A stretch of DNA of 64,000 bases from Thalassobaculaceae bacterium (GTDB lineage: Bacteria > Pseudomonadota > Alphaproteobacteria > Thalassobaculales > Thalassobaculaceae). Shown here piece after piece: positions 27,583 to 36,664 of this stretch. Location of the stretch: assembly GCA_965228875.1 (NCBI GenBank), contig OZ245843.1:2586616-2650615 (forward strand), in the 5' to 3' direction. Positions within the stretch are counted from its first letter, which is position 1; each line of letters starts with the position of its first letter. The translations under genes and the position numbers were made by a program. The notes under the pieces were generated by a model. It was given only the letters and a program-made list of their open reading frames with translations, was not told the DNA's origin and ran no database searches.

Positions 27583-27649
27583 AGGAACCGCACGGCGTGC
27601 GCGTCTTCGCCAGGCGCCGTCACACCCATGCGGTCGTACTGAGGAATCG

Positions 27650-29617
27650 ATGACCAAGCCGTTGGAAGAAGGGAGCTTTGCCGACCCGCCCACGGGCACC
27701 GAGCGGGCCCGGCGGGGCCGCCGCACGGTTCCGGACATCGAGCGCGGGGTCGGAGTCATCCGCGACCAGGTCCGGACGCTGCCGAACGCGCCCGGGGTCT
27801 ATCGTATGCTCGATGAGAACGGCGACGTTCTGTATGTCGGCAAGGCGCGAAGCCTGAAGAAGCGCGTCGTCAACTACACCCACCCGGCGAAGCTGCCGCA
27901 CCGCATCTTCCGCATGGTCAGCGAGACCGCGTCCATGGAGATCGTGCGCACCCACACCGAAGTCGAAGCACTGCTGCTCGAGAGCAATCTCATCAAGCGC
28001 CTGAAGCCGCGCTTCAACGTGCTTCTGCGCGACGACAAGTCGTTCCCGCACATCCTGCTGACCGGCGACCACCCCTACCCGCAGATCGCCAAGCATCGCG
28101 GCGCCCGCAAGCGCAAGGGGCAGTATTTCGGGCCCTTCGCCTCGGCCGGCGCGGTGAACCGCACGATCGCCGCCCTGCAGCGGGCGTTCCTGTTGCGCAA
28201 CTGCTCCGACAGCATGTTCGCCAACCGGCAGCGGCCCTGCCTGCAGTATCAGATCAAACGCTGCGCCGCGCCCTGCGTCGGCTATGTCAGCGAGGCCGAT
28301 TACGCCCAGTTGGTCGACGACGCCACCCGCTTCCTCACCGGCCAGAGCAGCGCGATCCAGCGCGAGCTCGCCGCCCGTATGCAGGAGGCGGCCGAGACCC
28401 TGGAGTTCGAGACCGCCGCCATCTACCGCAACCGGATCCGCGCGCTCACCGCCGTGCAGGCGAACCAGGACATCAATGTCGAAGGCGTGGAGGAGGCCGA
28501 TGTGATCGCCCTGCATGCCGAGGGCGGACAGACCTGCATTCAGGTGTTCTTCTTCCGGGCGGGCAGCAACTTCGGCAACCGCGCCTATTTCCCGGCGCAT
28601 GACAGGCAGACAGAGCCGGAAGACGTGCTGGCCGCCTTCATCGGCCAGTTCTACGACGACAAGGTGCCGCCGCGGCTGATCCTGGTCAGTCACGAGGTCG
28701 CCGAGGCGGAGCTGATCGCCGAGGCGCTGTCGACCCGGGCCGAGCGCCGGGTGGAGCTGTCGCGCCCCCAGCGCGGTGGGCGGCGCAAGCTCATGGACCA
28801 CGCCCTGACCAACGCGCGCGAGGCACTCGGCCGCCGCATGGCCGAGAGTGCCTCCCAGCGCAAGCTGCTGGACGGCGTGGCCACGGCCTTCGGTCTGGAG
28901 ACCGCGCCGGAGCGGATCGAGGTCTACGACAACTCGCACATCCAGGGATCGAACGCGGTCGGCGCGATGATCGTCGCCGGCCCCGACGGGCTGATGAAGG
29001 CCGCCTACCGCAAGTTCAACATCCGCAACGTGAGCGGCCGCGAGAGCGACAGCCGCGACGATCTGGAGACGGTCGAGGCCGGCGACGACTACGCCATGAT
29101 GCGCCAGGTGCTCACCCGACGCTTCGGCCGCGCGCTCAAGGAGGATCCGGAACGGACGTCGGGCGCCTGGCCCGACCTGATCCTCGTCGATGGCGGCCAG
29201 GGCCAGCTCGCCGTCGCCGTCGAGGTCTTCGCGGAACTCGGCATCGACGACGTGGCGGTGGTCGGTGTCGCCAAGGGGCCCGACCGCGACGCCGGGCGCG
29301 AGCGCTTCTTCATGCCCGGCCGCGAGCCGTTCCTCATGGAGCGGCGCGACCCGGTCCTCTACTTCCTGCAGCGCCTGCGCGACGAGGCACACCGCTTCGC
29401 CATCGAGACCCATCGGGCCAAGCGCACCAAGGCGATCGGCGCCAACCCCCTGGACGAGATCGCCGGCATCGGCGCCAAGCGGAAGAAGGCGCTGATGCAC
29501 CATTTCGGCTCGGCCCGCGGCGTCTCCCGCGCCGGTCTCGGCGATCTGGAAGCCGTCGACGGCATCAGCAAGGCGGTGGCCCGCAAGGTCTACGACTTCT
29601 TCCACGAGGAAGGGTGA
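27650..29617 (+). CDS. uvrC: Excinuclease ABC subunit C
   Basis: PGVYRM..LYVGKA GIY-YIG domain, [25 protein letters not shown] and HhH. Confidence 0.98.
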   Translation: MTKPLEEGSFADPPTGTERARRGRRTVPDIERGVGVIRDQVRTLPNAPGVYRMLDENGDVLYVGKARSLKKRVVNYTHPAKLPHRIFRMVSETASMEIVRTHTEVEALLLESNLIKRLKPRFNVLLRDDKSFPHILLTGDHPYPQIAKHRGARKRKGQYFGPFASAGAVNRTIAALQRAFLLRNCSDSMFANRQRPCLQYQIKRCAAPCVGYVSEADYAQLVDDATRFLTGQSSAIQRELAARMQEAAETLEFETAAIYRNRIRALTAVQANQDINVEGVEEADVIALHAEGGQTCIQVFFFRAGSNFGNRAYFPAHDRQTEPEDVLAAFIGQFYDDKVPPRLILVSHEVAEAELIAEALSTRAERRVELSRPQRGGRRKLMDHALTNAREALGRRMAESASQRKLLDGVATAFGLETAPERIEVYDNSHIQGSNAVGAMIVAGPDGLMKAAYRKFNIRNVSGRESDSRDDLETVEAGDDYAMMRQVLTRRFGRALKEDPERTSGAWPDLILVDGGQGQLAVAVEVFAELGIDDVAVVGVAKGPDRDAGRERFFMPGREPFLMERRDPVLYFLQRLRDEAHRFAIETHRAKRTKAIGANPLDEIAGIGAKRKKALMHHFGSARGVSRAGLGDLEAVDGISKAVARKVYDFFHEEG

Positions 29618-29656
29618 GGCGCGGCCGCACCGCCGGCCGCTCCCGGCCGGTTCCGG

Positions 29657-30235
29657 CTATTCCCCCGGCGCGCGGTCGTCTTCCACGTCGACATGGCGCA
29701 GGCCGGCGAGCAGGTAATCCCAGCCCGTGTAGAGGGTGAGCGCGGCGCCCACCCACAGCCCGACCTCGCCGATCAGACGCGCGTCGATCCACGTCGGCGC
29801 ATCGTCGCCGATGATCAGGAAGCCGATGGCCAGGAGCTGGACCGTGGTCTTCCACTTGGCCAGCCGGCTGACCGGCAGGCCGACATGCAGTTCGGCCAGG
29901 AACTCGCGCAGACCCGAGACCAGGATCTCGCGCAGCAGGATCACTAGCGCCGCCAGGACGGTGAGGCCGGAGATGTGGTCCAGCGCCACCAGAACCAGCA
30001 GCGACGCGCCGACCAGCAGCTTGTCGGCGATCGGGTCGAGCAACCGGCCGAGCGCCGACTGCACCTGCCAGGCGCGGGCGAGATAGCCGTCGAAATAGTC
30101 GGTGATGCTGGCGAAGGCGTAGAACGCGAGCGCGATCCAGCGCAGCGGCTCGCCGCCGACCCACAGGCAGGCGACCACGGGCACCACCGCGAGGATGCGG
30201 GAGATCGTCAGCAGATTGGGCAGGTGGGCAAGCAT
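29657..30235 (-). CDS. pgsA: CDP-diacylglycerol--glycerol-3-phosphate 3-phosphatidyltransferase
   Basis: LPNLLTISR, TDYFDGYLAR, LDPIADKLL, REILVSGLRE and AKWKT motifs. Confidence 0.95.
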   Translation of the reverse strand: MLAHLPNLLTISRILAVVPVVACLWVGGEPLRWIALAFYAFASITDYFDGYLARAWQVQSALGRLLDPIADKLLVGASLLVLVALDHISGLTVLAALVILLREILVSGLREFLAELHVGLPVSRLAKWKTTVQLLAIGFLIIGDDAPTWIDARLIGEVGLWVGAALTLYTGWDYLLAGLRHVDVEDDRAPGE

Positions 30236-30362
30236 CTCGCGATCCAATCCGCCGCGCCCGGCGGGCACGTCTGTCGGGTCTCAGGACCCGCATTACGCCA
30301 TACTGCGGGCGCGAAGAAAATGGGCCATCGGGTCGCCCCACCGACGGAACCGCACGAGACAG

Positions 30363-31277
30363 CTACGCCAGCGGCTGCGACGGCTCGAACAGCCCGGAGA
30401 GGGTCTCGACGAAAGCCTTGGACCCGGCGCCCTTGGACGTGCCGACATAAAGCAGCAGGTCGAGATGGGGCAGCGGCGGCAGCCCGGCGCCGGCGTCCAG
30501 CATCCGGACCCGGGCGCCGACGGCGCTGCGCGGCATCGCCGTCACCGCCATGCCGGCCTCGACCGCGGCGCCGAGCCCGAGGGTGTTGGGACTGCTGTAG
30601 ACCAGCCGGTAGGCCCGGCCGGCGGCGTCCAGGCGCTCCAGCACCGCGTCGCGATAGATGCAGCCGGGCGCGAAGAGAGCCAGCGGCAGGGGCTCGCGCG
30701 CCTCGACCTCGACATCGGCGGACGCCACCCAGACCAGTGGCTCGCGCAGCAGCAGTCGGCCCGGCTCGCGCCCGCAGGGTTGGGTGACGAGCGCCAGATC
30801 GACCGCGCCCGCCTCCAGGTCGCTGAGCGCCTCCCAGCTGCGGCCGCAGGTCATCTCGACCTGGACCAGCGGACAGCGCTCGGCGAAGGTCCGCAGGATT
30901 TCAGCCATGTAGACCATGGAGGTGTCCGTCACCCCCACCCGGACCCGGCCGGTACGCGCGCCGCGGTCCAGCGCGCCCAGCGCCTCGTCGTTCAGCCGCA
31001 GCATCCGCCGGGCGTAGGACAGCAGGTGCGCCCCGTCGGCCGTCAGCTCGACCCGCCGGGGCGTGCGCTCGAGGATCCGGCAGCCGGTCACCTCCTCCAG
31101 GCGCTTCATCTGCATGCTGACCGCCGACTGTCCGCGGTTGAGCCGCTCGGCGGCGCGGGTGAAGTTGCGGGTCTCGGCCACCGTGACGAAGGCCCGCAAC
31201 ACCTCGAGGTCGAGGCTCCGCAGCGCCTCGCCGCCGCCGATCTCGCGCGCTTCACCGCTCCCTGTCGCCAGCCTCAT
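30363..31277 (-). CDS. LysR family regulator
   Basis: NFTRAAERLNRGQSAVSMQMKRLE HTH; divergent from the MFS gene; start uncertain. Confidence 0.92.
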   Translation of the reverse strand: MRLATGSGEAREIGGGEALRSLDLEVLRAFVTVAETRNFTRAAERLNRGQSAVSMQMKRLEEVTGCRILERTPRRVELTADGAHLLSYARRMLRLNDEALGALDRGARTGRVRVGVTDTSMVYMAEILRTFAERCPLVQVEMTCGRSWEALSDLEAGAVDLALVTQPCGREPGRLLLREPLVWVASADVEVEAREPLPLALFAPGCIYRDAVLERLDAAGRAYRLVYSSPNTLGLGAAVEAGMAVTAMPRSAVGARVRMLDAGAGLPPLPHLDLLLYVGTSKGAGSKAFVETLSGLFEPSQPLA

Positions 31278-31388
31278 GATGATTTTCCGTGATGGTTCGA
31301 TCACTTTAATTCGTTTTCGAGATCATATCGACCCCTCTAGCGTCGCGCCATCGCCATCTGGCCATCAACATCTGACGGAGCTCCCGCC

Positions 31389-32570
31389 ATGCCCGTTCGG
31401 CTACTGATCCTCGTCCTCTGCGCCGGCGCCATCATGGCGATCGCCGTCGGCTTCCGTCAGGGCCTCGGCCTGTACCTGCCGCACATGAGCGCCGGGTTCG
31501 GTGGCGGGCGCGAGACCTTCGCGCTGTCCATGGGCCTGATGAACCTGTTCTGGGGCCTGGCCGCGCCGTTCGCCGGCGCTGTCGCCGACCGCTATGGCCC
31601 GGGACGGGTGGCAGCGGCAGGCGGTCTCGCCTATGCCGGCGGTCTGCTCCTGATGATGCGGGGCGGTGCCGAGGACCTGCTTGTCGGCGGCGTGCTGATC
31701 GGCATCGGGCTCAGTGGCGGCGGCTTCACCGTCCTGCTCGGCGCGGTCGCGCGGGCGGCACCGGAGAGCCGCCGCAGCACCGCCCTCGGCCTGGCGTCGA
31801 TGGGCGGGTCGCTCGGTCAGTTCCTGGCCCTGCCCTATGTCCACCTCCTGATCGACGGGAGCGGACCCGAGCTCAGTCTGGCAATCCTGGCGGCGTCGGC
31901 CCTGCTGATCGTCCCCTTGGCCCTCGGCGTGTCGGGCCGGCCGGCGGAGGCCGGCGGCACGACGACGCAGACCATGGGGGCGGCGCTGGGCGAGGCTGTC
32001 GCATCACGCGACTTCTGGCTCCTCAACACCGCGTTCTTCGTCTGCGGCTTCCATCTCGCCTTCGTCGGCATCCACCTGCCGGCCTATCTCGGCGACGCCG
32101 GGTTCGAGCCGTGGCTCGGCGCGGCGGCCCTGACGGTGATCGGCTTCGCCAACATCGTCGGCAGCTTCGTGTGCGGCGCGCTCGGCGGGCGCTACCGCAA
32201 GAAAAACGTCCTGTCGGCGCTCTACCTGATCCGCGCGGCGGTCTTCGCCGGCATCCTGATTCTGCCAACGACCCCCGCCACGATCCTGATCCTGTCCGCC
32301 CTGCTCGGACTGACCTGGCTCGGCACCGTGCCGCTGACCAGCGGCCTGGTCGGCACGCTGTTCGGCACCCGCTACATGTCCATGGTGTTCGGCATGGTGT
32401 TCATCGGCCACCAGGTCGGCGGGTTCCTCGGCGCCTGGCTCGGCGGGGTCGCCTACGACGCGTTCCGGTCCTACGACGTGATGTGGACGCTCAGCGTGGC
32501 CCTCGGCGTGGCGTCGGCGATCCTGCACTGGCCGATCCGCGAGCTGCGTCCGGCCGCGGCGGCGGCGTGA
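31389..32570 (+). CDS. MFS transporter
   Basis: About 12 hydrophobic segments; GAVADRYG, FFVCGFH and HQVGGFLG motifs. Confidence 0.92.
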   Translation: MPVRLLILVLCAGAIMAIAVGFRQGLGLYLPHMSAGFGGGRETFALSMGLMNLFWGLAAPFAGAVADRYGPGRVAAAGGLAYAGGLLLMMRGGAEDLLVGGVLIGIGLSGGGFTVLLGAVARAAPESRRSTALGLASMGGSLGQFLALPYVHLLIDGSGPELSLAILAASALLIVPLALGVSGRPAEAGGTTTQTMGAALGEAVASRDFWLLNTAFFVCGFHLAFVGIHLPAYLGDAGFEPWLGAAALTVIGFANIVGSFVCGALGGRYRKKNVLSALYLIRAAVFAGILILPTTPATILILSALLGLTWLGTVPLTSGLVGTLFGTRYMSMVFGMVFIGHQVGGFLGAWLGGVAYDAFRSYDVMWTLSVALGVASAILHWPIRELRPAAAAA

Positions 32571-32625
32571 TCCGGCGAAACCCTCTAAGATCCAACGGTC
32601 GCGGCCGGCCACCGTTCCGGTCAGC

Positions 32626-32671
32626 GGGCGCCGTTTCAGGTCACTGGGCGCCGTTTCAGGTCACTGGGCGC
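32626..32671. repeat. 20-bp tandem duplication covering the DUF2062 stop codon
   Basis: GGGCGCCGTTTCAGGTCACT twice, then GGGCGC. Confidence 0.9.
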
Positions 32672-33185
32672 TCTGGGCGACCCCGAGTTCCTGTTCCCGC
32701 CGGCGGCGGGCCAGCTCCAGCAGGCGGGTCCGCCGGCGATGGGCCCGCGCTTCCAGCACCTTCTCGATCATCCGCCCGAGCCAGTAGCCGCCCGGCAGGC
32801 CGGCGATCATGAACGGCAGCGACCCCAGAATGATCGCCAGGGTCCCCCCGCCGAGGGCGAAGACGAAATCCTTGATGTGCTCGGCGTCGCTGAACTCGAC
32901 CATGGTGCCGCAGGTCATCAGCTGGCAGCCGACCCAGTAGTAGAAGGTGTAGGTCGGAACCATGGTCAGCGGGTTGACCACGAGCGAGCCGACCAGGGCG
33001 ATCACCCAGTCGAACATGGCCGGCCGCCAGAAGCGGTTGCACAGCAGCGCCACGAAGAAGCAGATCACCGCCTGCAGACCGACGGTCGGCGAGAACCCGA
33101 CCGCCATGCCCATGGCCATGGACCGGGAGATCACGCCTGGCGACATGCTGGTCCGGCGCCACTGGCGCAGGATCTTTCCGAACAT
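32661..33185 (-). CDS. DUF2062 family membrane protein
   Basis: SPGVISRSMAMGMAVGFSPTVGLQ and VVNPLTMVPTY motifs. Confidence 0.8.
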   Translation of the reverse strand: MFGKILRQWRRTSMSPGVISRSMAMGMAVGFSPTVGLQAVICFFVALLCNRFWRPAMFDWVIALVGSLVVNPLTMVPTYTFYYWVGCQLMTCGTMVEFSDAEHIKDFVFALGGGTLAIILGSLPFMIAGLPGGYWLGRMIEKVLEARAHRRRTRLLELARRRREQELGVAQSAQ

Positions 33186-33307
33186 TCTTAACTGCAGCCG
33201 CCGCACGGGCCCCACCCTGGTGTTACACGTGTCGGCGAACCTATATTTGCGGTCCGCCCGAAACAACCGTATCCCCGCATATATGTGGAACTCGTAAATA
33301 CAATTCG

Positions 33308-33820
33308 ATGAAAAGCGTATTCGGCATCGCCGGCTGGTCCGGCAGCGGCAAGACGACACTCCTGCGGGCGTTGATTCCGGCGCTGGACGCGCGGGGACTG
33401 ACCGTGTCCACCGTCAAGCACGCCCACCACGCGTTCGACATCGACCGGCCGGGCAAGGACAGCCACCACCACCGCACCGCCGGCGCCCGCGAGGTCGTCA
33501 TCAGCTCCTCCCACCGCTTCGCCCTGATGCATGAGCTGCGCGACGCGCCGGAGCCGACGCTGGCCGAACTGGTGGACCGGCTGGCCCCGGTCGATCTCAT
33601 CCTCGTCGAAGGCTTCAAGTTCGACCCGATCCCCAAGCTCGAGGTTCACCGGCCCGCCCTCGGCAAACCGCCGATCTGGCCCGGCGATCCGCATATCGTC
33701 GCCGTCGCCGCCGACGCCGCGCTGCCGGAGTGCCCGCGCCCCGTTCTCGCTCTCTCGGATATCGATGCCATCGCCGACATGGTGGTCGACGCGGCCTCCG
33801 GTTTGGAGGCGGCGGGATGA
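33308..33820 (+). CDS. mobB: Molybdopterin-guanine dinucleotide biosynthesis protein B
   Basis: GWSGSGKTT, KHAHH, PGKDS and LVEGFK motifs. Confidence 0.95.
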   Translation: MKSVFGIAGWSGSGKTTLLRALIPALDARGLTVSTVKHAHHAFDIDRPGKDSHHHRTAGAREVVISSSHRFALMHELRDAPEPTLAELVDRLAPVDLILVEGFKFDPIPKLEVHRPALGKPPIWPGDPHIVAVAADAALPECPRPVLALSDIDAIADMVVDAASGLEAAG

Positions 33821-35064
33821 CGCGGCTGGACGACGACTGCTTCGCCGCCGATGCCGCACCGCTCTCGGTGGAGGCCGCGCTGGGCCGGATCCGCGATCGG
33901 CTGACCGCCGTCACGGGGACAGAGACGGTGGCGCTGGATGCCGCACTGGACCGGGTTCTAGCCGCCGACGTGGTCTCGGCCGTCGACGTACCGCCCCATG
34001 ACAACGCCGCGGTCGACGGGTTCGCGGTGCGCGGTACGGAGATCGGCCCGGACCGGTGCGCGCTTCCGGTCGGCGGCCGGGTCGCCGCCGGGCACCCCCT
34101 GACCGCCGCCCCTCCCGCCGGGACCGCCCTGCGGATCTTCACCGGCGCCGCGGTCCCGGCGGGGTTCGACACCGTCGTCATGCAGGAGCAGTGCCGCGAG
34201 GACGGAGGGCTTGTCACCCTGCCGACGGGGATCCGCCGAGGGGCGAACGTACGCCTGGCCGGCGAGGACGTGAGGCGCGGCGCGGTGGCGCTGGCGAGCG
34301 GTCGGCGGCTCGGTCCCGGCGACCTCGGCCTCGCCGCCTCCATCGGCCGCACCGACCTGCGGGTCCGGCTTCCGCTGCGCGTCGCCGTCGCCTCGACCGG
34401 CGACGAGGTCACCGAGCCGGGGTCGCCCCTGCGCCCCGGGGCGGTGTTCGACGCCAACCGCCATACGGTCAAGGCCCTGCTCGCCCGACTCGGCTGTGCC
34501 GTCACCGACCTCGGAATTCTGGCCGACGATGCGGCGGCGATCGCCGACAGCCTGGTCGCGGCGGCCGAAGCCCACGACGTGGTGATGACATCGGGCGGGG
34601 TCTCCGCCGGAGACGAGGACCACGTGCGCACCGCCGTCGCCGACCGGGGCCGGATCGACGCCTGGCGCCTGTCGGTGAAGCCCGGCCGACCCGTCGCCCT
34701 CGGCGTGGTCGGCGGGCGCGCGTTCATCGGCCTGCCGGGCAATCCGGTCGCTGCCGTCGTCGCCTTCGTCACCCTGGCGCGGCCGATCCTGCTGGCGCTT
34801 GCCGGCGCCGAGGTGACGCCGCCGCCACGCTACCCCGTGACGGCGGGCTTCGACCATGCGAAGAAACCGGGCCGGCGCGAGTTTCTGCGGGTACGCCTGG
34901 AAGGCGGGTCGCCGCCGGTGGCGGTGAAGGCGGGTCCGGACGGGTCGGGCATCCTGTCGGCTCTGGCCGCCGCCGACGGGCTGATCGACCTGGAGACGGA
35001 CTCCACGGGGCTGGCGAAGGGGGAGACGGCTGCCTATCTGCCGTTCAACGAGGTGATGCGATGA
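33817..35064 (+). CDS. moeA: Molybdopterin molybdenumtransferase
   Basis: VDGFA, RIFTGA, STGDE, SGGVS, KPGRP and GLPGNP motifs; ATGA overlap with mobB. Confidence 0.95.
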   Translation: MTRLDDDCFAADAAPLSVEAALGRIRDRLTAVTGTETVALDAALDRVLAADVVSAVDVPPHDNAAVDGFAVRGTEIGPDRCALPVGGRVAAGHPLTAAPPAGTALRIFTGAAVPAGFDTVVMQEQCREDGGLVTLPTGIRRGANVRLAGEDVRRGAVALASGRRLGPGDLGLAASIGRTDLRVRLPLRVAVASTGDEVTEPGSPLRPGAVFDANRHTVKALLARLGCAVTDLGILADDAAAIADSLVAAAEAHDVVMTSGGVSAGDEDHVRTAVADRGRIDAWRLSVKPGRPVALGVVGGRAFIGLPGNPVAAVVAFVTLARPILLALAGAEVTPPPRYPVTAGFDHAKKPGRREFLRVRLEGGSPPVAVKAGPDGSGILSALAAADGLIDLETDSTGLAKGETAAYLPFNEVMR

Positions 35065-35312
35065 AGCTTATGTATTTCGCCTGGGTGCGCCAGCGCATCG
35101 GCACGGCGAGCGAGAGCGTCGAGGCGCCGGCCGATGCCGCGACGGTCGGCGATGTCGTCGCCTGGCTCAGGACCCGCGGCCCTGGCTATGCCGAGGCGTT
35201 CAAGGACACGAGGGCGATCCGCTTCGCGGTGAACCAGGAGTATGTCGAAGCGTCGCACCCGGTCGCCGCCGGCGACGAGGTGGCCTTCTTTCCACCGGTC
35301 ACCGGGGGCTGA
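35061..35312 (+). CDS. moaD: Molybdopterin synthase sulfur carrier
   Basis: MKLMYFAW...DEVAFFPPVTGG. Confidence 0.95.
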   Translation: MKLMYFAWVRQRIGTASESVEAPADAATVGDVVAWLRTRGPGYAEAFKDTRAIRFAVNQEYVEASHPVAAGDEVAFFPPVTGG

Positions 35313-35314
35313 CC

Positions 35315-35764
35315 ATGGCGGTGCGGGTGCAGGAGGCGGATTTCGACATCGGCGCCGAGCTCGCCGCGCTGACCGCCGGCAACCATGCCATCGGCGGCCT
35401 CGGCGTGTTCGTCGGCCTCGTGCGGGACATCGCCGGCGGCGAGGCGGTGAGCGCCATGTCGCTGGAGCACTATCCCGGCATGACCGAGCGCCAGCTTGAG
35501 GCGATCGAGGCCGAGGCCTGGGCCCGCTGGCCGCTGGACGCGAGCCTCATCATCCACCGGGTCGGCGATCTCGCGCCGGGCGACAACATCGTCCTGGTCG
35601 CCTGCGCCTCCGCCCACCGCCAGGCGGCGCTGGACGCGACGGCTTTCCTGATCGACTGGCTGAAGACCAAGGCCCCGTTCTGGAAGCGCGAGGAGACGCC
35701 GGACGGCGCCCGCTGGGTCGACGCCCGCGAGAGCGACGAGGAGGCAACGGCCCGCTGGGGCTGA
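35315..35764 (+). CDS. moaE: Molybdopterin synthase catalytic subunit
   Basis: LEHYPGM, IHRVG, SAHR and KTKAPFWKRE motifs. Confidence 0.95.
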   Translation: MAVRVQEADFDIGAELAALTAGNHAIGGLGVFVGLVRDIAGGEAVSAMSLEHYPGMTERQLEAIEAEAWARWPLDASLIIHRVGDLAPGDNIVLVACASAHRQAALDATAFLIDWLKTKAPFWKREETPDGARWVDARESDEEATARWG

Positions 35765-35836
35765 CGGAAGACGGAACGTCCAGGCCGGACGGCCGGCAAC
35801 CATGCCCGACCCGCAACCGAGGACAGGAGACCGACC

Positions 35837-36580
35837 ATGCGGCTGGCGGCCATCGCCGACACGCACGGAAACCACCTCGCCCTCGAGGCGGTGCTGGCGG
35901 ATATCGCCCGGATCGGCGTCGACCTTACCGTCAATCTCGGCGATCACCTGAGCGGGCCGCTGGACGCCGCGCGCGCCGCCGATCTGCTCATGGAGGCCGA
36001 CACGACCGCGATCCGCGGCAACCACGACCGATGGATCCTGGAGCAGGCGCCGGAGGAGATGGGGGCCTCCGACCGCTGGGCCTACGACCAGCTCACCGAA
36101 GCGCACAGGACTTGGCTCGCCGCCCTCCCCGCGACTCGGACGGTGGACGGCCGGATCTTCCTCTGCCACGGAACGCCGGGCGACGACAACGCCTACTGGC
36201 TGGAGCGGGTGCACCCCTACGGCGTCGTCGGCCTGAACGCCATCGAGGAGATCGAGGCCGCCGCCACCGGCATCGACTGCCCGCTGATCCTGTGCGCCCA
36301 CAGTCATATCCCCCGCGCGGTGCGGTTGCGCGACGGGCGGTTGATCGTCAATCCCGGCAGCGTCGGCTGTCCGGGCTACGACGATCCGACGCCGCCGATC
36401 CCGCACATCGTGCAGACCGGCACACCGGACGCGAGCTATGCGCTGCTGGAGGAGGCGGGGGACGGATGGCGGGTCGAGTTCCGCCAGGTGCCGTATGACA
36501 GCGGGGCGATGGCCGCACTCGCCGCCGCCCGCGGCCGCCCCGTCTGGGCCAGCGCGCTGGCGACGGGCTGGATCCGGTAG
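35837..36580 (+). CDS. Metallophosphoesterase
   Basis: DTHGN, LGD, GNHD, HSH and NPGSVG motifs. Confidence 0.92.
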   Translation: MRLAAIADTHGNHLALEAVLADIARIGVDLTVNLGDHLSGPLDAARAADLLMEADTTAIRGNHDRWILEQAPEEMGASDRWAYDQLTEAHRTWLAALPATRTVDGRIFLCHGTPGDDNAYWLERVHPYGVVGLNAIEEIEAAATGIDCPLILCAHSHIPRAVRLRDGRLIVNPGSVGCPGYDDPTPPIPHIVQTGTPDASYALLEEAGDGWRVEFRQVPYDSGAMAALAAARGRPVWASALATGWIR

Positions 36581-36600
36581 GCCCTTAACCGACGGTCGCC

Positions 36601-36640
36601 GAAACGAAACCGGCCCCCTCCGCGAACGGAGAGGGCCGGG
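36601..36640 (-). terminator. Intrinsic terminator downstream of clpA (between convergent genes)
   Basis: CCGGCCC-c-CTCCG cgaa CGGAG-a-GGGCCGG hairpin followed by TTTCGTTTC on the minus strand. Confidence 0.7.
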
Positions 36641-36664
36641 TCGTCCGAAGACGGCGTGCGGGCG

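Noticed and set aside
33237..33291. NrdR- or ModE-like boxes before mobB (AACCTATATTTGCG, CCGCATATATGTGG)
   Set aside because: Only partial matches; may simply be -10 elements of divergent promoters.
33730..35312. Apparent moeA-moaD fusion or frameshift in the ORF track
   Set aside because: Ordinary ATGA stop/start overlaps explain mobB-moeA-moaD.
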